The notes: generated from the letters alone by a model not told the origin. A DNA stretch of 64,000 nt from Candidatus Micrarchaeota archaeon (GCA_964630975.1 CAZVVY010000001.1:2610-66609), one strand, 5' to 3'; shown: positions 1 to 9,337, numbered from the stretch's first letter. Program-made: numbers and translations.

Positions 1-248
1 ATTTTGCGCCCGCAAGGAGTCATTCTTTGAGTGCTCTCTATTTCGAGTACGTCGTCCTCCATGTTTGGGAGTAGGACGTCGATTATTTCGGGTTCGAGTA
101 TGCGCTGGCCCGAAGCGAATATTTCGTCCACGTTGGTTATTTGGCCTGCCAGCACCTCTTTTCCCAGCGAAGTTTTAGGGGACCATTTGGACAAGGCGTC
201 CTCTCGGTTCGAGCGCCTGTATCTCCCCTTTCTTTTTTTCCTAGCCAT
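1..248 (-). CDS. rps5: 30S ribosomal protein S5 (uS5), N-terminal part; the gene continues beyond the window start
   Basis: Reverse-strand translation from ATG at 246-248 gives MARKKRKGRYRRSNREDALSKWSPKTSLGKEVLAGQITNVDEIF...VLEIESTQRMTPCGRK, a uS5-type N-terminus. It lies directly downstream of L18, as in the archaeal spc cluster. Confidence 0.8.
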   Translation of the reverse strand, partial: MARKKRKGRYRRSNREDALSKWSPKTSLGKEVLAGQITNVDEIFASGQRILEPEIIDVLLPNMEDDVLEIESTQRMTPCGRK

Positions 249-256
249 AATCACAC

Positions 257-751
257 CTAGTTGCCCAAGATTTTTTTCTTGGCTTCTTCAAAACCCTCCG
301 TTTGCAAGTGTTTTCCAGCAATGCGTTCTTCGGAAGGCATTTTTTCTTTTCCGTAGGCGGTTTCCAAGCCCGCGTCCGCCGCGCCCTTGAGGCAAGCGAA
401 CAATATGCTTCCCTTGGTTGCGGGGTGCAAGCCCACGTCGAGCACGATTTCCTTCACGCCTTTTTCTTTCGCGGCTTTTCCGGCCTTCAATCCCGTGAGG
501 TACGCTGTGGGCGTGTTCCTCTTCGGCTTGAAGCCTATTTTTTGAAGCGTTTTGGAGTGCGCGCTGGCAACGGTTTCATCCCCTTTTTCGCCGAAGCAAA
601 CCACTTGGCAGATTACTCCGCGCAAGGTCTTGCGCACTACGAGGCGCGGCTTGCGGCTCTTCAACAGCTTTATGCGTTTTGCGTAATCAGTCCTGCCGTT
701 GCGCCTGCGCTTGAAGTGAACGCTGTACAACGGTCCGGTTGCCTTACTCAT
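257..751 (-). CDS. rpl18: 50S ribosomal protein L18 (uL18)
   Basis: MSKATGPLYSVHFKRRRNGRTDYAKRIKLL is the typical uL18/L5e N-terminus; position in the cluster fits. Confidence 0.9.
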   Translation of the reverse strand: MSKATGPLYSVHFKRRRNGRTDYAKRIKLLKSRKPRLVVRKTLRGVICQVVCFGEKGDETVASAHSKTLQKIGFKPKRNTPTAYLTGLKAGKAAKEKGVKEIVLDVGLHPATKGSILFACLKGAADAGLETAYGKEKMPSEERIAGKHLQTEGFEEAKKKILGN

Positions 752-760
752 ATTCCTTAA

Positions 761-1186
761 TCACTTTAACAGCTTGTTTTCGTGGACGTGCGTCAACAAC
801 GCCTTCTTGCTTTTGAAGTTGTTTCCCTTGACGCGGCGGTACAACTTGGCGTACTCGCCTTTTTTCAGCAAGGGCTTCAGCTTCAACAAGAGCGCGCGTT
901 GTGCCCTGACGCGCTCCATCCACCTTTTCTTGGAGTCGCCTTTGGACCCCTTGACTCTTCCCGGGCCTTTTTTGCGGCCCTTCCTTTTCTTCGCTTTTTT
1001 TTCGCGTGCCTTGGCGCGGCCCGTGCCCTTCACGGGTTTTTGCTTTATTCCCCCGTTTTTGACGAGTTCGCGCACGTCGTCCGCGGTCAATGCTTCCCCT
1101 GCTTTTTCCTCGTCCACTATTGCTATGCGGCTTCGGCCACAGTTGAGGACGCGCGCAGCGATTCTCTTAACCGACTTCAACGTCAT
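761..1186 (-). CDS. rpl19e: 50S ribosomal protein L19e (eL19)
   Basis: KRIAARVLNCGRSRI motif and lysine-rich body of eL19. Confidence 0.9.
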   Translation of the reverse strand: MTLKSVKRIAARVLNCGRSRIAIVDEEKAGEALTADDVRELVKNGGIKQKPVKGTGRAKAREKKAKKRKGRKKGPGRVKGSKGDSKKRWMERVRAQRALLLKLKPLLKKGEYAKLYRRVKGNNFKSKKALLTHVHENKLLK

Positions 1187-1509
1187 TCGTTAAGCACCTT
1201 TATCCCTTTTTCCTTGGCGGCCTTGACGATTGCCCCTTTTTTCTTTGCGCCGACCGACCCGCCGATGCGTGCGGCAAAGCCTTCCTCCAAGTCTCCCGCG
1301 TTGAAAACGAGTTTTTCCTTGAGGCCCGCCGAAGGGTGAAGGCCTCGCTTATCCGCTTGCGTGCCGTAACCTACTCTCGGAAGCTTTCCGAACCCGCGCT
1401 TTTGCACGCGCTGGCTGTTGTCGATTCCGCGGGGCTTCCTCCACGCATCGCTGATGCGCTTCTTGTAGCGACGGTTTTGCCTTTCGAATTTGGGGTGTTT
1501 TTTAGCCAT
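1183..1509 (-). CDS. rpl32e: 50S ribosomal protein L32e (eL32)
   Basis: KKRISDAWRKPRGIDNSQRVQKRG matches eL32; 4-nt overlap with L19e. Confidence 0.9.
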   Translation of the reverse strand: MAKKHPKFERQNRRYKKRISDAWRKPRGIDNSQRVQKRGFGKLPRVGYGTQADKRGLHPSAGLKEKLVFNAGDLEEGFAARIGGSVGAKKKGAIVKAAKEKGIKVLNE

Positions 1510-1519
1510 AAAACCTGTA

Positions 1520-2035
1520 TCACTCTTCTTCGTAATAAATCCCGTCTTGGAACACGCGGTTGTCCAAGCACTTTACCTTGGTTGCACGCACTATGTTGGA
1601 CGCGGTTTGACCCACGTGTTCGGGGTCCTTGCCCGAAACCGTTATTTGCGCGCCCTTGACTTCGACTTTAACGTCGTCGCCGAACACCTTGGTTTTGCGC
1701 GGCGTTTTTTCGCCGAGGAAGTTTTTGATTAACACGTCCGCGCCCTTTACTTCCACGCTTATCGGGAAGTGAGCGTAAACGATTTTAAGTTTTTTCTCGA
1801 AGTTTTCGCCCGAGAAAAGGTTTTTGAGGTGTGATGCGAGGGACCCGGCCATCGCGTTTTTTTCGCGGGACGGCTTGCCGTGCGCTTTCACGCTTACTTC
1901 GCCGCCTTCCAAGCTTACTTCGACCATTCGCGGCCGGTAATGGCGTTCAAAGGACTTGCCGTTGACGGTGACGTTGAGAACGCCGCCTTTTTTTACTTCA
2001 ACGCTTGCCCCTTCCGGAATCTTCATTTGAATCAC
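1520..2035 (-). CDS. rpl6: 50S ribosomal protein L6 (uL6)
   Basis: Two-domain uL6 pattern (…VKGAQITVSGKDPEHVGQTASNI…); cluster position. Confidence 0.85.
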   Translation of the reverse strand: MIQMKIPEGASVEVKKGGVLNVTVNGKSFERHYRPRMVEVSLEGGEVSVKAHGKPSREKNAMAGSLASHLKNLFSGENFEKKLKIVYAHFPISVEVKGADVLIKNFLGEKTPRKTKVFGDDVKVEVKGAQITVSGKDPEHVGQTASNIVRATKVKCLDNRVFQDGIYYEEE

Positions 2036-2419
2036 TCAGTACACGTACGCCAGCAGTCTTCCGCCCTGGTTCGCCTCTTTTGCTTGAATGTTGGTCATCA
2101 ACCCTTTCGGGGTCGACAATATGAGGAGGCCCACGCCTTGCGCGGGCAGCACTCTCTGCTCGTAATCGTCTATTTCGTCCGCTTTAACCGCGTAACGCGG
2201 CTTTATGACTCCGCAATCCGTTATGCGGCCCGCGAGTTCGGCGACTATTCGCGGGTGGCGCGAACCCGTGTCTTCTTCCACCGAATTCAAGTAATCGTTT
2301 TCCTTCAACAATTCAAGCACGCCTTTCACGAGTTTGGAGATTACCTTGACTCGCACGCTGCGATTGCCCTTTGCTTCGGCGAGCTTCAAAGAATTCATTG
2401 CATTTGCTAACGTATCCAT
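2036..2419 (-). CDS. rps8: 30S ribosomal protein S8 (uS8)
   Basis: MDTLANAMNSLKLAEAKG…LSTPKGLMT is uS8-like. Confidence 0.9.
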   Translation of the reverse strand: MDTLANAMNSLKLAEAKGNRSVRVKVISKLVKGVLELLKENDYLNSVEEDTGSRHPRIVAELAGRITDCGVIKPRYAVKADEIDDYEQRVLPAQGVGLLILSTPKGLMTNIQAKEANQGGRLLAYVY

Positions 2420-2425
2420 TTTTTA

Positions 2426-2617
2426 TCACGAGTACTTCTTGAATCCCAATTCTTCCGCTTTTTCACGGAAACACCTGCGGCAAATGTTCATGCCGTATTT
2501 TCGGATGACTCCCTTGCTCGTACCGCAAACGCGGCACTTGCGGTTTCCGCGCTTCTTGAAACGGGAATCGAACTTTTTTTCTTCAACGCTCTTCTTTTTT
2601 TCCATAAGGATTCTCAC
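2426..2617 (-). CDS. rps14: 30S ribosomal protein S14 (uS14, Zn-ribbon type)
   Basis: CRVCG…CRRCFRE zinc-ribbon S14/S29e type, 63 aa. Confidence 0.85.
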   Translation of the reverse strand: MRILMEKKKSVEEKKFDSRFKKRGNRKCRVCGTSKGVIRKYGMNICRRCFREKAEELGFKKYS

Positions 2618-3126
2618 TCTTCCTGGAATTGGACTCCGAACTCTTTTTCCATGAACTCCCTTGCTTCCGCCTTGTTAACGCGCTGTTTTGCCGGGATTTT
2701 TCGGGGCGCGATGCGCCTGCGGGAAACGCGGCGGCCCGCTTTTGAAAGCGTTACACACACGTCGAAGCCGATCATCCCGATGTTGGGGTCGTATTTGGCG
2801 CCCGGAAAATCGATGTACTCCCTTACTCCGAACGCGACGTTTCCCGCGCGGTCAATGCTGCGCGCCGAAACCTTGTTTTCTCGCGCCTTCAACGCTTTTT
2901 CAAGGAATTCCCTTGCTTTCTGCCCGCGAAGCGTTACTTTCACGCCTATTTCGTTACCTTTTCTGAGCTTGAACGCGGGTTCGCGGCGCCTAGACTTGGT
3001 CTTGACGGGCTTGCCGCCGGCCAGCGTTTCCAATAGTTCACGCGCGTTTTCCAGGTCTTGCCCGCCGTGGCCTACGCCGATGTTGGCCGTGACTTTCTCG
3101 AGTTTTATGGATTGCATTGAGTTCAT
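2614..3126 (-). CDS. rpl5: 50S ribosomal protein L5 (uL5)
   Basis: uL5-like sequence (…[12 protein letters not shown]…[16 protein letters not shown]…). Confidence 0.9.
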   Translation of the reverse strand: MNSMQSIKLEKVTANIGVGHGGQDLENARELLETLAGGKPVKTKSRRREPAFKLRKGNEIGVKVTLRGQKAREFLEKALKARENKVSARSIDRAGNVAFGVREYIDFPGAKYDPNIGMIGFDVCVTLSKAGRRVSRRRIAPRKIPAKQRVNKAEAREFMEKEFGVQFQEE

Positions 3127-3842
3127 TTCTTGGAACCACCGAATCCTTCGCCTACGACCAGCAGGTAATCCTTCAAGGTTACGAGTTCGTGGCCGTCCGT
3201 TGAAAGCCTTGCATTAGCCGGCTTGTTGCCCTTCGATTCCATTACTTCGACGAATTTACCGGTCGCGCCCGCGTGCTTGCCCTTGTAGACGAGGCAGTTC
3301 GCTCCCTTGGAGAGCTTCAAGGCGTTTTCCAGTTTTTGTTCGGGCAATGAAATCACGAGGGTGTCCCCCGGCTTGAAAGTGTCTTCTTCGCGCTCAATCA
3401 AGATGTTCCTGCCGTCGTGCAGGTTGAGTTGTACCTTGCTCTTGCTGACGCGCACCTTGTCACGAATGCGGCAATACTTGGCTTTCGCTTTTTCGGCGGA
3501 AACCTTTTCGGGCAGCAAGTATTTTCCCTTGGGCATCATCACGTAGTATTCTTTTGCTTCGGGCAGGGACACGACGTCCATCAAGCCGACTCCGAACGAG
3601 TCGTCGCTTACGCGCCTGCCGTCCACGAGGACCTTCCCGTTTGCAACGATGTGCTTGGCCTGTGAAGCATTGTCCGCAACCTTCAAGACGTCGCGCAACA
3701 ACACGGTTAGGGGAATGCCTTCCTTGAGTGCGTGGGCTCCCGCACACGGCTTCTTGGCCCAAACGATTTTCTTCCTGCCGACCCCCCAGTTGACGGGGCT
3801 CGCAAGGCGCTTCAAATGCCTGTTCTTGCCGTGACTAGCCAT
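3123..3842 (-). CDS. rps4e: 30S ribosomal protein S4e (eS4)
   Basis: MASHGKNRHLKRLASPVNW N-terminus with S4 and KOW domains. Confidence 0.9.
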   Translation of the reverse strand: MASHGKNRHLKRLASPVNWGVGRKKIVWAKKPCAGAHALKEGIPLTVLLRDVLKVADNASQAKHIVANGKVLVDGRRVSDDSFGVGLMDVVSLPEAKEYYVMMPKGKYLLPEKVSAEKAKAKYCRIRDKVRVSKSKVQLNLHDGRNILIEREEDTFKPGDTLVISLPEQKLENALKLSKGANCLVYKGKHAGATGKFVEVMESKGNKPANARLSTDGHELVTLKDYLLVVGEGFGGSKK

Positions 3843-4191
3843 TCTTTTTTTTCAACTCCTTTCTTTCGGCCAGAGCCGTTAACACGACGTTGGACGGCTC
3901 CAACGGCGCCGGCTTTTCCTGGCCGCTCTGCTTCTTCAACACGATTCCTTCAACGAACAAGCGGCTCCCTTTCACGTCCACGCGCGAAACCTTACCGCTC
4001 TTTCCCTTGAACGCCCCGCGCAAAACCTTGACCGAGTCTCCCTTGTGAACCCGAGCCGACCGCTTCTTCCCTTCTTTTTCGCGGAGCTCTTTGGACAAGT
4101 GCGCTCGCGGGGCCGAGTCCTTCAAGGTTACCCGGAAGGACTGTTTCCTCTTCTTGCGAGGTTGACTCGTAACAGATTCATTGAACTTCAT
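3835..4191 (-). CDS. rpl24: 50S ribosomal protein L24 (uL24)
   Basis: KOW motif (…HKGDSVKVLRGAFKGKSGKVSRVD…). Confidence 0.85.
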   Translation of the reverse strand: MKFNESVTSQPRKKRKQSFRVTLKDSAPRAHLSKELREKEGKKRSARVHKGDSVKVLRGAFKGKSGKVSRVDVKGSRLFVEGIVLKKQSGQEKPAPLEPSNVVLTALAERKELKKKNG

Positions 4192-4201
4192 CTTAAACCA
4201 C

Positions 4202-4597
4202 TTAAACTACTGCGGCCGCGATTGCCACGACCTTCGGGAAGCGTTCGCTTATTTCGCGCGCAACACACCCCTTGATTTCGGTTCCCTTCGGCAGCTTTTG
4301 GTCGTCCACGAGCACGCACGCATTGTCTTCGAATGCCACCCACTCTTTTCCGCGGCGAAACCTCTGCCGCTGCCTAACGATTAACGCCTTCTCTTTTTTC
4401 TTGACCATTCCCGGCTTTCCCTTCTTCACGGAAACGATTACCACGTCGCCGATGCCTGCCTTTGGCAAGCGCCTCAAGCGAGCCTTGCTTTTCTTGACGC
4501 CGATTACTTCGACTTCCTTGGCGCCGCTGTTGTCGTCGCAAACCATTCGCGTTCCCAAACTCAACGGCTTGGTTATTCTTGCGGAAAGGCCTAACAC
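4202..4597 (-). CDS. rpl14: 50S ribosomal protein L14 (uL14)
   Basis: …MVCDDNSGAKEVEVIGV… is the uL14 signature. Confidence 0.9.
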   Translation of the reverse strand: MLGLSARITKPLSLGTRMVCDDNSGAKEVEVIGVKKSKARLRRLPKAGIGDVVIVSVKKGKPGMVKKKEKALIVRQRQRFRRGKEWVAFEDNACVLVDDQKLPKGTEIKGCVAREISERFPKVVAIAAAVV

Positions 4598-4600
4598 TTT

Positions 4601-4867
4601 TCATTCCACCTTTTCAGTCAAGACGTGTGCCTTGGTCTTGCTTACCTTCCTGCACTCGGCGAAGCGCACCTTGTCGCCCGCCTTCACCTCGATTCCTTCG
4701 GGAACGTGCACGGCAATGCGCGACTTGCGCTTTTCGAGGCGATCGTACTTGGGCACGCTTGACGCGTAATCCAGGCGCACTATCGCCGTTTTCTTGGGCC
4801 TCGTGCTGACCACTACGCCTTCGCGCACGATTCCGCGCGCACTCAATTCAACGCTTTTTTTTGACAC
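4601..4867 (-). CDS. rps17: 30S ribosomal protein S17 (uS17); start uncertain (candidate GTG at 4867, overlapping the rnp1 3' end)
   Basis: …ELSARGIVREGVVVSTRPKKTAIV… is the uS17 OB-fold core. The listed ORF runs upstream into the Rpp29 gene, so the real start must lie downstream of the rnp1 stop region. Confidence 0.8.
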   Translation of the reverse strand: MSKKSVELSARGIVREGVVVSTRPKKTAIVRLDYASSVPKYDRLEKRKSRIAVHVPEGIEVKAGDKVRFAECRKVSKTKAHVLTEKVE

Positions 4868-5165
4868 TTTTCTTCCACAACCTCTTGGTGCGCTCTTCGG
4901 GCCGTACGGCCACGAGGGCGCCTTCAAGCAATTCACCGGTTTCCAAACGGAAAACACAGTTTTTCTTTGGAACGATTTTCCTTCCCCTGGGCGTTTCCAG
5001 GACGAAAGTGTTCGTCGATTCCTCGATTACCGCGCCTTCGACACCTTGCAGGTCTTTGCAGCTGCTCTTCTCCACCCGAAGTGTTACGCCGATTAATTCG
5101 CGCAATTCCGGGCGAGGCCGCTTTTCAACCCCAATCGGGGAAGGCGTTTTCGTGCCTCTTCGCAC
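4848..5165 (-). CDS. rnp1: Ribonuclease P protein component 1 (Rpp29/Pop4)
   Basis: …KIVPKKNCVFRLETGELLEGALVAVRPEERTK… is Rpp29-like. Located between L29/SUI1 and S17, as in archaeal ribosomal clusters. Confidence 0.75.
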   Translation of the reverse strand: MRRGTKTPSPIGVEKRPRPELRELIGVTLRVEKSSCKDLQGVEGAVIEESTNTFVLETPRGRKIVPKKNCVFRLETGELLEGALVAVRPEERTKRLWKKSVKKKR

Positions 5166-5206
5166 TCCAATATCTTGAATGGTTTCGTTTAAAAACCTTT
5201 ATTTTT

Positions 5207-5512
5207 CTACGAAATCACTATGTTTTCGCGCGGGTAACCCATTTTCACGAGGATGTCCGCGATGTCCGACTTGTGGTCGCCTTGAAGCACGACCGCGCCG
5301 TCCTTGACCGAACCGCCGCACGCCAGTTTGTGCTTCAAGTCCTTCATCACGGGCTTTAACTCGGCTTCCTCGACTCCCTTGATTATGGTTACCAGCTTGT
5401 TGAAACGTTTTTTAGTCGTGTGAACCTTGAGGCGCTTGCTAGTCTCCTTTTCTATGGCTCCACAAGCGCAAATTTCTTTTGGCAGGCCGCATTTGGGGCA
5501 AATTTTCGACAT
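5207..5512 (-). CDS. sui1: Translation initiation factor SUI1 (aIF1)
   Basis: SUI1 domain (…KLACGGSVKDGAVVLQGDHKSDIADILVKMGY…). Confidence 0.85.
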   Translation of the reverse strand: MSKICPKCGLPKEICACGAIEKETSKRLKVHTTKKRFNKLVTIIKGVEEAELKPVMKDLKHKLACGGSVKDGAVVLQGDHKSDIADILVKMGYPRENIVIS

Positions 5513-5514
5513 TA

Positions 5515-5727
5515 CTACTGCTTACCTTTTTTTTCCTGCTGCCTTAAAAGCGTTTTGATGCGTGCGCGGCCTTTTTTGAGTTCGCGGAAGCGACCCGGGT
5601 TTTCCGGCTTGCCCGTCGATTTTCGCGCTGCTTGTTCGGCGCGCAACTCCTTCTCGATTTCGGAGATTTTTTCCTTCAACGCGTCCGCGCCGAGGCCCTT
5701 CAACTCACTTTTTTTTGCGACGGCCAT
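5515..5727 (-). CDS. rpl29: 50S ribosomal protein L29 (uL29)
   Basis: 70-aa helical protein with LKEKISEIEKELRAEQA. Confidence 0.85.
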   Translation of the reverse strand: MAVAKKSELKGLGADALKEKISEIEKELRAEQAARKSTGKPENPGRFRELKKGRARIKTLLRQQEKKGKQ

Positions 5728-5734
5728 TTTTCAT

Positions 5735-6583
5735 TCATTCCCCTTTTTCTTCAACTGATTCTTTCTCCTCGGTTTTTTTGGCCGCTTTTTTCTTCGGCTT
5801 CTTTTTTTCCTTGGCCTGCTTCTCTTCGGGCTCTTCCTTTTCCGGTTTTTCTTCGGCCGCCTCTTCTATTTTCTCCTTTTTTTCGGCGGTTTTTTCTTCC
5901 TTGGATTCTTCTTTCTTGTCGGCTTTGGGTTTCCCTTCTTTTTCGGCTTCGCCTTCAATCGTGGCTTCTTCTTCCACCACTTTTTTGGGTGCCTCGATTT
6001 TTACTTGGTCGGGGAACACGGTTCCGGGCGGAACGATTTTCACGGTGATTCCGACTGTTCCCGCCTTGAGGAACGCCGTGCAAGTTCCGGTGCGTACGAG
6101 CTTCACGGAGTCGCCGCTCTTCTTGATGTAACCGCTTCGAACCACGAATTCGCGTGCTTTTCCGCCTTTGCCCACGATTTTTCCGGCTGCACGGATTTCC
6201 GCGCCTATTGCGCCGGACTCCATTATGTCCTTGAGCGCGAACCGCAGGATGGGTTTTACGCGGGGTCGCATTTCTATGCGGTGCGAAATTTTTTCGGCTA
6301 CGAGTTGCGCGTCCAAGTCGGGCTTCATTACTTCCACGACTTCGATTTGCGGGTTTTCAATACCGAATTTTCGGCGCAGTTTTTCGGACAACTCGTTGAT
6401 GGATCTGCCGCGGCGTCCGACCACCACGCTGGGTCTGCGAACACAAATGGTTATTCTGGTGGCGATAGGCGTTTTTTGAAGTGCAACGCTTGAAACGCTT
6501 GCGCGCTTCAACTCGTCTTGCAGGAAGTTCTTTACTTCCAAGTCGTCCAACGCCTTTGCAATGAATTTTTTTTCTACTGCCAC
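5735..6583 (-). CDS. rps3: 30S ribosomal protein S3 (uS3) with a Lys/Glu-rich C-terminal extension
   Basis: KH domain (…ITICVRRPSVVVGRRGRSINELSEKL…), followed by about 90 aa of KE low-complexity tail. Confidence 0.9.
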   Translation of the reverse strand: MAVEKKFIAKALDDLEVKNFLQDELKRASVSSVALQKTPIATRITICVRRPSVVVGRRGRSINELSEKLRRKFGIENPQIEVVEVMKPDLDAQLVAEKISHRIEMRPRVKPILRFALKDIMESGAIGAEIRAAGKIVGKGGKAREFVVRSGYIKKSGDSVKLVRTGTCTAFLKAGTVGITVKIVPPGTVFPDQVKIEAPKKVVEEEATIEGEAEKEGKPKADKKEESKEEKTAEKKEKIEEAAEEKPEKEEPEEKQAKEKKKPKKKAAKKTEEKESVEEKGE

Positions 6584-6599
6584 TTTAATCGTTCACCTT

Positions 6600-7139
6600 T
6601 TACTGTCTGCGGTACCTCTTATGCGTCTTGCGCCTCGTCTTCTGGGGGCGCGGCTTGGGCGGAGCGCCTTCCTCGACGACTATTTCAAGCCGGGAAGTAA
6701 TGTAGTTCGACCAAATCGCGCGCTTGCCGTACCCAAGCGTTGCACTGGAAACCCAGAATTTCTTGTAGCGAGGGTACTCACCTTGCTTGTAGGCGCGCGC
6801 CGCCTTAACGAACAGCTTGGATTCGTCGAGGCCCTGGTTGACGGCGTTTGCAACCGCATTCTCCAAAACTTTTTTCACGATTCTACACGCTTTTACCGCG
6901 TAACGCCCTTTCTTGCCGCCGAGTTCGCTGCGGTGACCGCACCCCTTGGCGTGCTTCTTGAAGGGAATCGCGTGCTTTAAAGCAATTGCTTCGTCCAACG
7001 CCTTGTAGGCGTCCGCGACTTTCCTGCCTTTGACGGCTCGCGCGGCCTCGCCGAGGTCCTTGTAAGAAACGTCGACGTCGTGCGCCTGCGCCCTTGCAGA
7101 GTTTTTGCCTGCCTTCACGGAGTACTTGTAGGGTGCCAT
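6600..7139 (-). CDS. rpl22: 50S ribosomal protein L22 (uL22)
   Basis: uL22-like (…AYKQGEYPRYKKFWVSSATLGYGKRAIWSNY…). Confidence 0.85.
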   Translation of the reverse strand: MAPYKYSVKAGKNSARAQAHDVDVSYKDLGEAARAVKGRKVADAYKALDEAIALKHAIPFKKHAKGCGHRSELGGKKGRYAVKACRIVKKVLENAVANAVNQGLDESKLFVKAARAYKQGEYPRYKKFWVSSATLGYGKRAIWSNYITSRLEIVVEEGAPPKPRPQKTRRKTHKRYRRQ

Positions 7140-7145
7140 TTCATC

Positions 7146-7532
7146 TCACTTGAGTTCTACCGATTTGCTTCCACGGGTCGCGCCGATTCCGGGCCCGGAG
7201 TGCCTCACCTGCTTGGTCGTGTGCGAGTATTCTCCCAAGCGGTGGCCGAGCATCGGCAGCTTGACCGTGAACTTTATCCAGTCCTTGCCGTTGTAAACTT
7301 CGAACGTCTTTCCAACCATGGAGGGAAGAATGATTGCGTCGCGCACGTGCGTGCGGAACGGCTTCTTCCAGTCGTGTGACTCCAACTTCTTCAAGAAGTT
7401 CTTGATTCGGTAATTGTTGCGCGTGATGGTGCGGCGGGCGCTCGCGTTGACGAGCTTCGAGAATTCTTCCAAGCCCAACCCCTGCAATTCTTCGAGGGTT
7501 TTTCCTTTGAAAGTGGTTTTCCTGACCGCCAT
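7146..7532 (-). CDS. rps19: 30S ribosomal protein S19 (uS19)
   Basis: …GKTFEVYNGKDWIKFTVKLPMLGHRLGEYSHT… is the uS19 signature. Confidence 0.9.
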   Translation of the reverse strand: MAVRKTTFKGKTLEELQGLGLEEFSKLVNASARRTITRNNYRIKNFLKKLESHDWKKPFRTHVRDAIILPSMVGKTFEVYNGKDWIKFTVKLPMLGHRLGEYSHTTKQVRHSGPGIGATRGSKSVELK

Positions 7533-7533
7533 C

Positions 7534-8277
7534 TCATTTCACCGCCGTTTTCGAGCGCTCGCGGCGCTTCTTCCTGCCCGTCTGCCTGGCCTTCACGTGG
7601 CCCACGCGGCGGCCCGGAGAAGTGTCCTTGCCGACCGTGCTAGACTTGCCGAAGCTCGTTCCCCCGTGCGGGTGGTTGTAAGCGTTCATCGCGCTTCCAC
7701 GCACCTTCGGGTACATCTTGTTTTTCGCCTTCTTGGCGTAAAACTTGTTTCCCGCCTTCTTGAAAGGTTTTTCCTTCCTGCCGCCTCCCGCGGCAATGCC
7801 CACCGTCGCCCGGCAATCGGGCGACAACAAGCGCATTGCCTTGGAAGACGAAGCGAACTTGATTGTAACCATTTCCGTGTCCTCGTCGTGCGCGAGGAGA
7901 GTGGCGTAAGTGCCGCTGGAACGCAACAGCTTGCCGCCGTCGTTCGGGTGCAACTCCAAGTTGAACACGGGGATTCCCTCGGGCAAGTCGCCGAGGCGCG
8001 CCACGTTGCCTATCCTGGCGCCCGACCCCTTTCCAAACGCGAGTTGGTCTCCCACGCAAGCTCCTTCGGGCGCCAACAAGTAAACTGTTTTGCCGTTATC
8101 CAACAACACTTCCGCGAGAGGGGTGCTCTTGGACGGGTCGAGCTTGAACGAGACTATTTCTCCGCGCGCCGACTCGGGCAAGCCGTGGTAAGAGGCGTTC
8201 GACAAATAGCGGTGCTTCGGCGTGCGGTACGCCGGAGAGCCCTTTCCGCGCCTTTGATGCCTCAACGGGTTACCCAC
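7534..8277 (-). CDS. rpl2: 50S ribosomal protein L2 (uL2)
   Basis: …AMNAYNHPHGGTSFGKSSTVG… is the conserved uL2 C-terminal motif. Confidence 0.9.
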   Translation of the reverse strand: MGNPLRHQRRGKGSPAYRTPKHRYLSNASYHGLPESARGEIVSFKLDPSKSTPLAEVLLDNGKTVYLLAPEGACVGDQLAFGKGSGARIGNVARLGDLPEGIPVFNLELHPNDGGKLLRSSGTYATLLAHDEDTEMVTIKFASSSKAMRLLSPDCRATVGIAAGGGRKEKPFKKAGNKFYAKKAKNKMYPKVRGSAMNAYNHPHGGTSFGKSSTVGKDTSPGRRVGHVKARQTGRKKRRERSKTAVK

Positions 8278-8278
8278 T

Positions 8279-8530
8279 TCATATCACCTTGAGTTTTGCC
8301 GCCAAATCCGCGGCCGCGCCCTCGCGCTTGAACGCCACGAACGCCTTCTTGCGGCCGTCCGGAGTAGTGGCGGTAGTGACTTTTCGGACTTTTTCGCCGT
8401 ACTCGGATTCCACTTCCTGTTTCACCTGCGATTTGTTGGAATTGTTGTCGACGAGGAACACTAGCTTGTTCTCCCGCTCTATTGCCGCAACGGCTTTTTC
8501 GGTCGTCAATGCAGTGATTATCGCGCTCAT
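8279..8530 (-). CDS. rpl23: 50S ribosomal protein L23 (uL23)
   Basis: 83-aa protein, …KLVFLVDNNSNKSQVKQEVESEYGEKV…. Confidence 0.85.
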   Translation of the reverse strand: MSAIITALTTEKAVAAIERENKLVFLVDNNSNKSQVKQEVESEYGEKVRKVTTATTPDGRKKAFVAFKREGAAADLAAKLKVI

Positions 8531-8536
8531 TTTTTT

Positions 8537-9337
8537 TCACTCAAACAATTTTTGCTTCTCCATTTCCTTTAACGCGTGCTGCGTCCAAATCGTGAGGCGG
8601 CCCGCGACTCCGCCCGGGGCGAGGTCTTCGATCGTCAACTCGCTTACCTTCACGCAGTCCACTCCGGGAAGGTTTCGAGTCGCCTTCCAAATGCCGCGGT
8701 CCTCGCCGAAAACGATTAACGCGCTCTTCGGAGTCTTGTAACCTCCCTTGCGCAGGCGCGCCCTACCGCTCCTCTTCTTGCGGCCTTTTATTGCGCGCTG
8801 CAAGTCGCTTGAAACGCCGAGGCCCTCCAACGCTTTTTTGGCGTCGGAAACGCGCTTCACTTCCTCGAAGGCGTCGTCGACCACTATGGGTGCAGCGCCG
8901 TCGAACGCGTGGTTGCGCTTCTTCACGAGTTTCGGGTCGGCGGTGGCGGCAATCGCGCTGCGAACCGCTTTCTGCTTTTCCTTGAAATTGATTTTCTCGA
9001 TTAATTTCTTGGCTACTTTGGGCGGGTGCGCGCGGTGGCCCCCCCTTGCTTGGGGGACAATCATTACGCGGCCCGTGCCGTAACCCGGAATTTTTTCGCG
9101 GGGAAGGCGCGAGCGCCCCGTGTTAATGGTTTGCCTCGAACGGTGCCTGCGGCCGTAGTACGCCGCCGTGTTCTGGAAGCCGGCGCGCAAAAAGTTTCCC
9201 TTGGGCTGCAAGTAAAGCGAGCGCTCGGCGTTGAACGCCCGCGTAATCAAGTCGGGGCGGTAATCCTCGCCGAATTGCGCGGGCAACTTCACTTCAGAGC
9301 CCTTCTTTCCGTCAATGCCTTTAAGGACTGCTTTCAC
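8537..9337 (-). CDS. rpl4: 50S ribosomal protein L4 (uL4/L1e)
   Basis: …YGTGRVMIVPQARGGHRAHPPKV… is the uL4 signature. Confidence 0.9.
   Translation of the reverse strand: MKAVLKGIDGKKGSEVKLPAQFGEDYRPDLITRAFNAERSLYLQPKGNFLRAGFQNTAAYYGRRHRSRQTINTGRSRLPREKIPGYGTGRVMIVPQARGGHRAHPPKVAKKLIEKINFKEKQKAVRSAIAATADPKLVKKRNHAFDGAAPIVVDDAFEEVKRVSDAKKALEGLGVSSDLQRAIKGRKKRSGRARLRKGGYKTPKSALIVFGEDRGIWKATRNLPGVDCVKVSELTIEDLAPGGVAGRLTIWTQHALKEMEKQKLFE

Noticed and set aside
782-1339. Plus-strand ORFs (782..1339, 774..1193, 302..760 etc.) antisense to the ribosomal protein genes
   Set aside because: Shadow ORFs in a high-GC region; they overlap well-supported minus-strand ribosomal genes, have Arg/Pro/Ala-rich junk composition and no motifs.
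7414-8292. 292-aa plus-strand ORF
   Set aside because: Antisense to rpl2; R/A/L-rich alternative-frame artefact.
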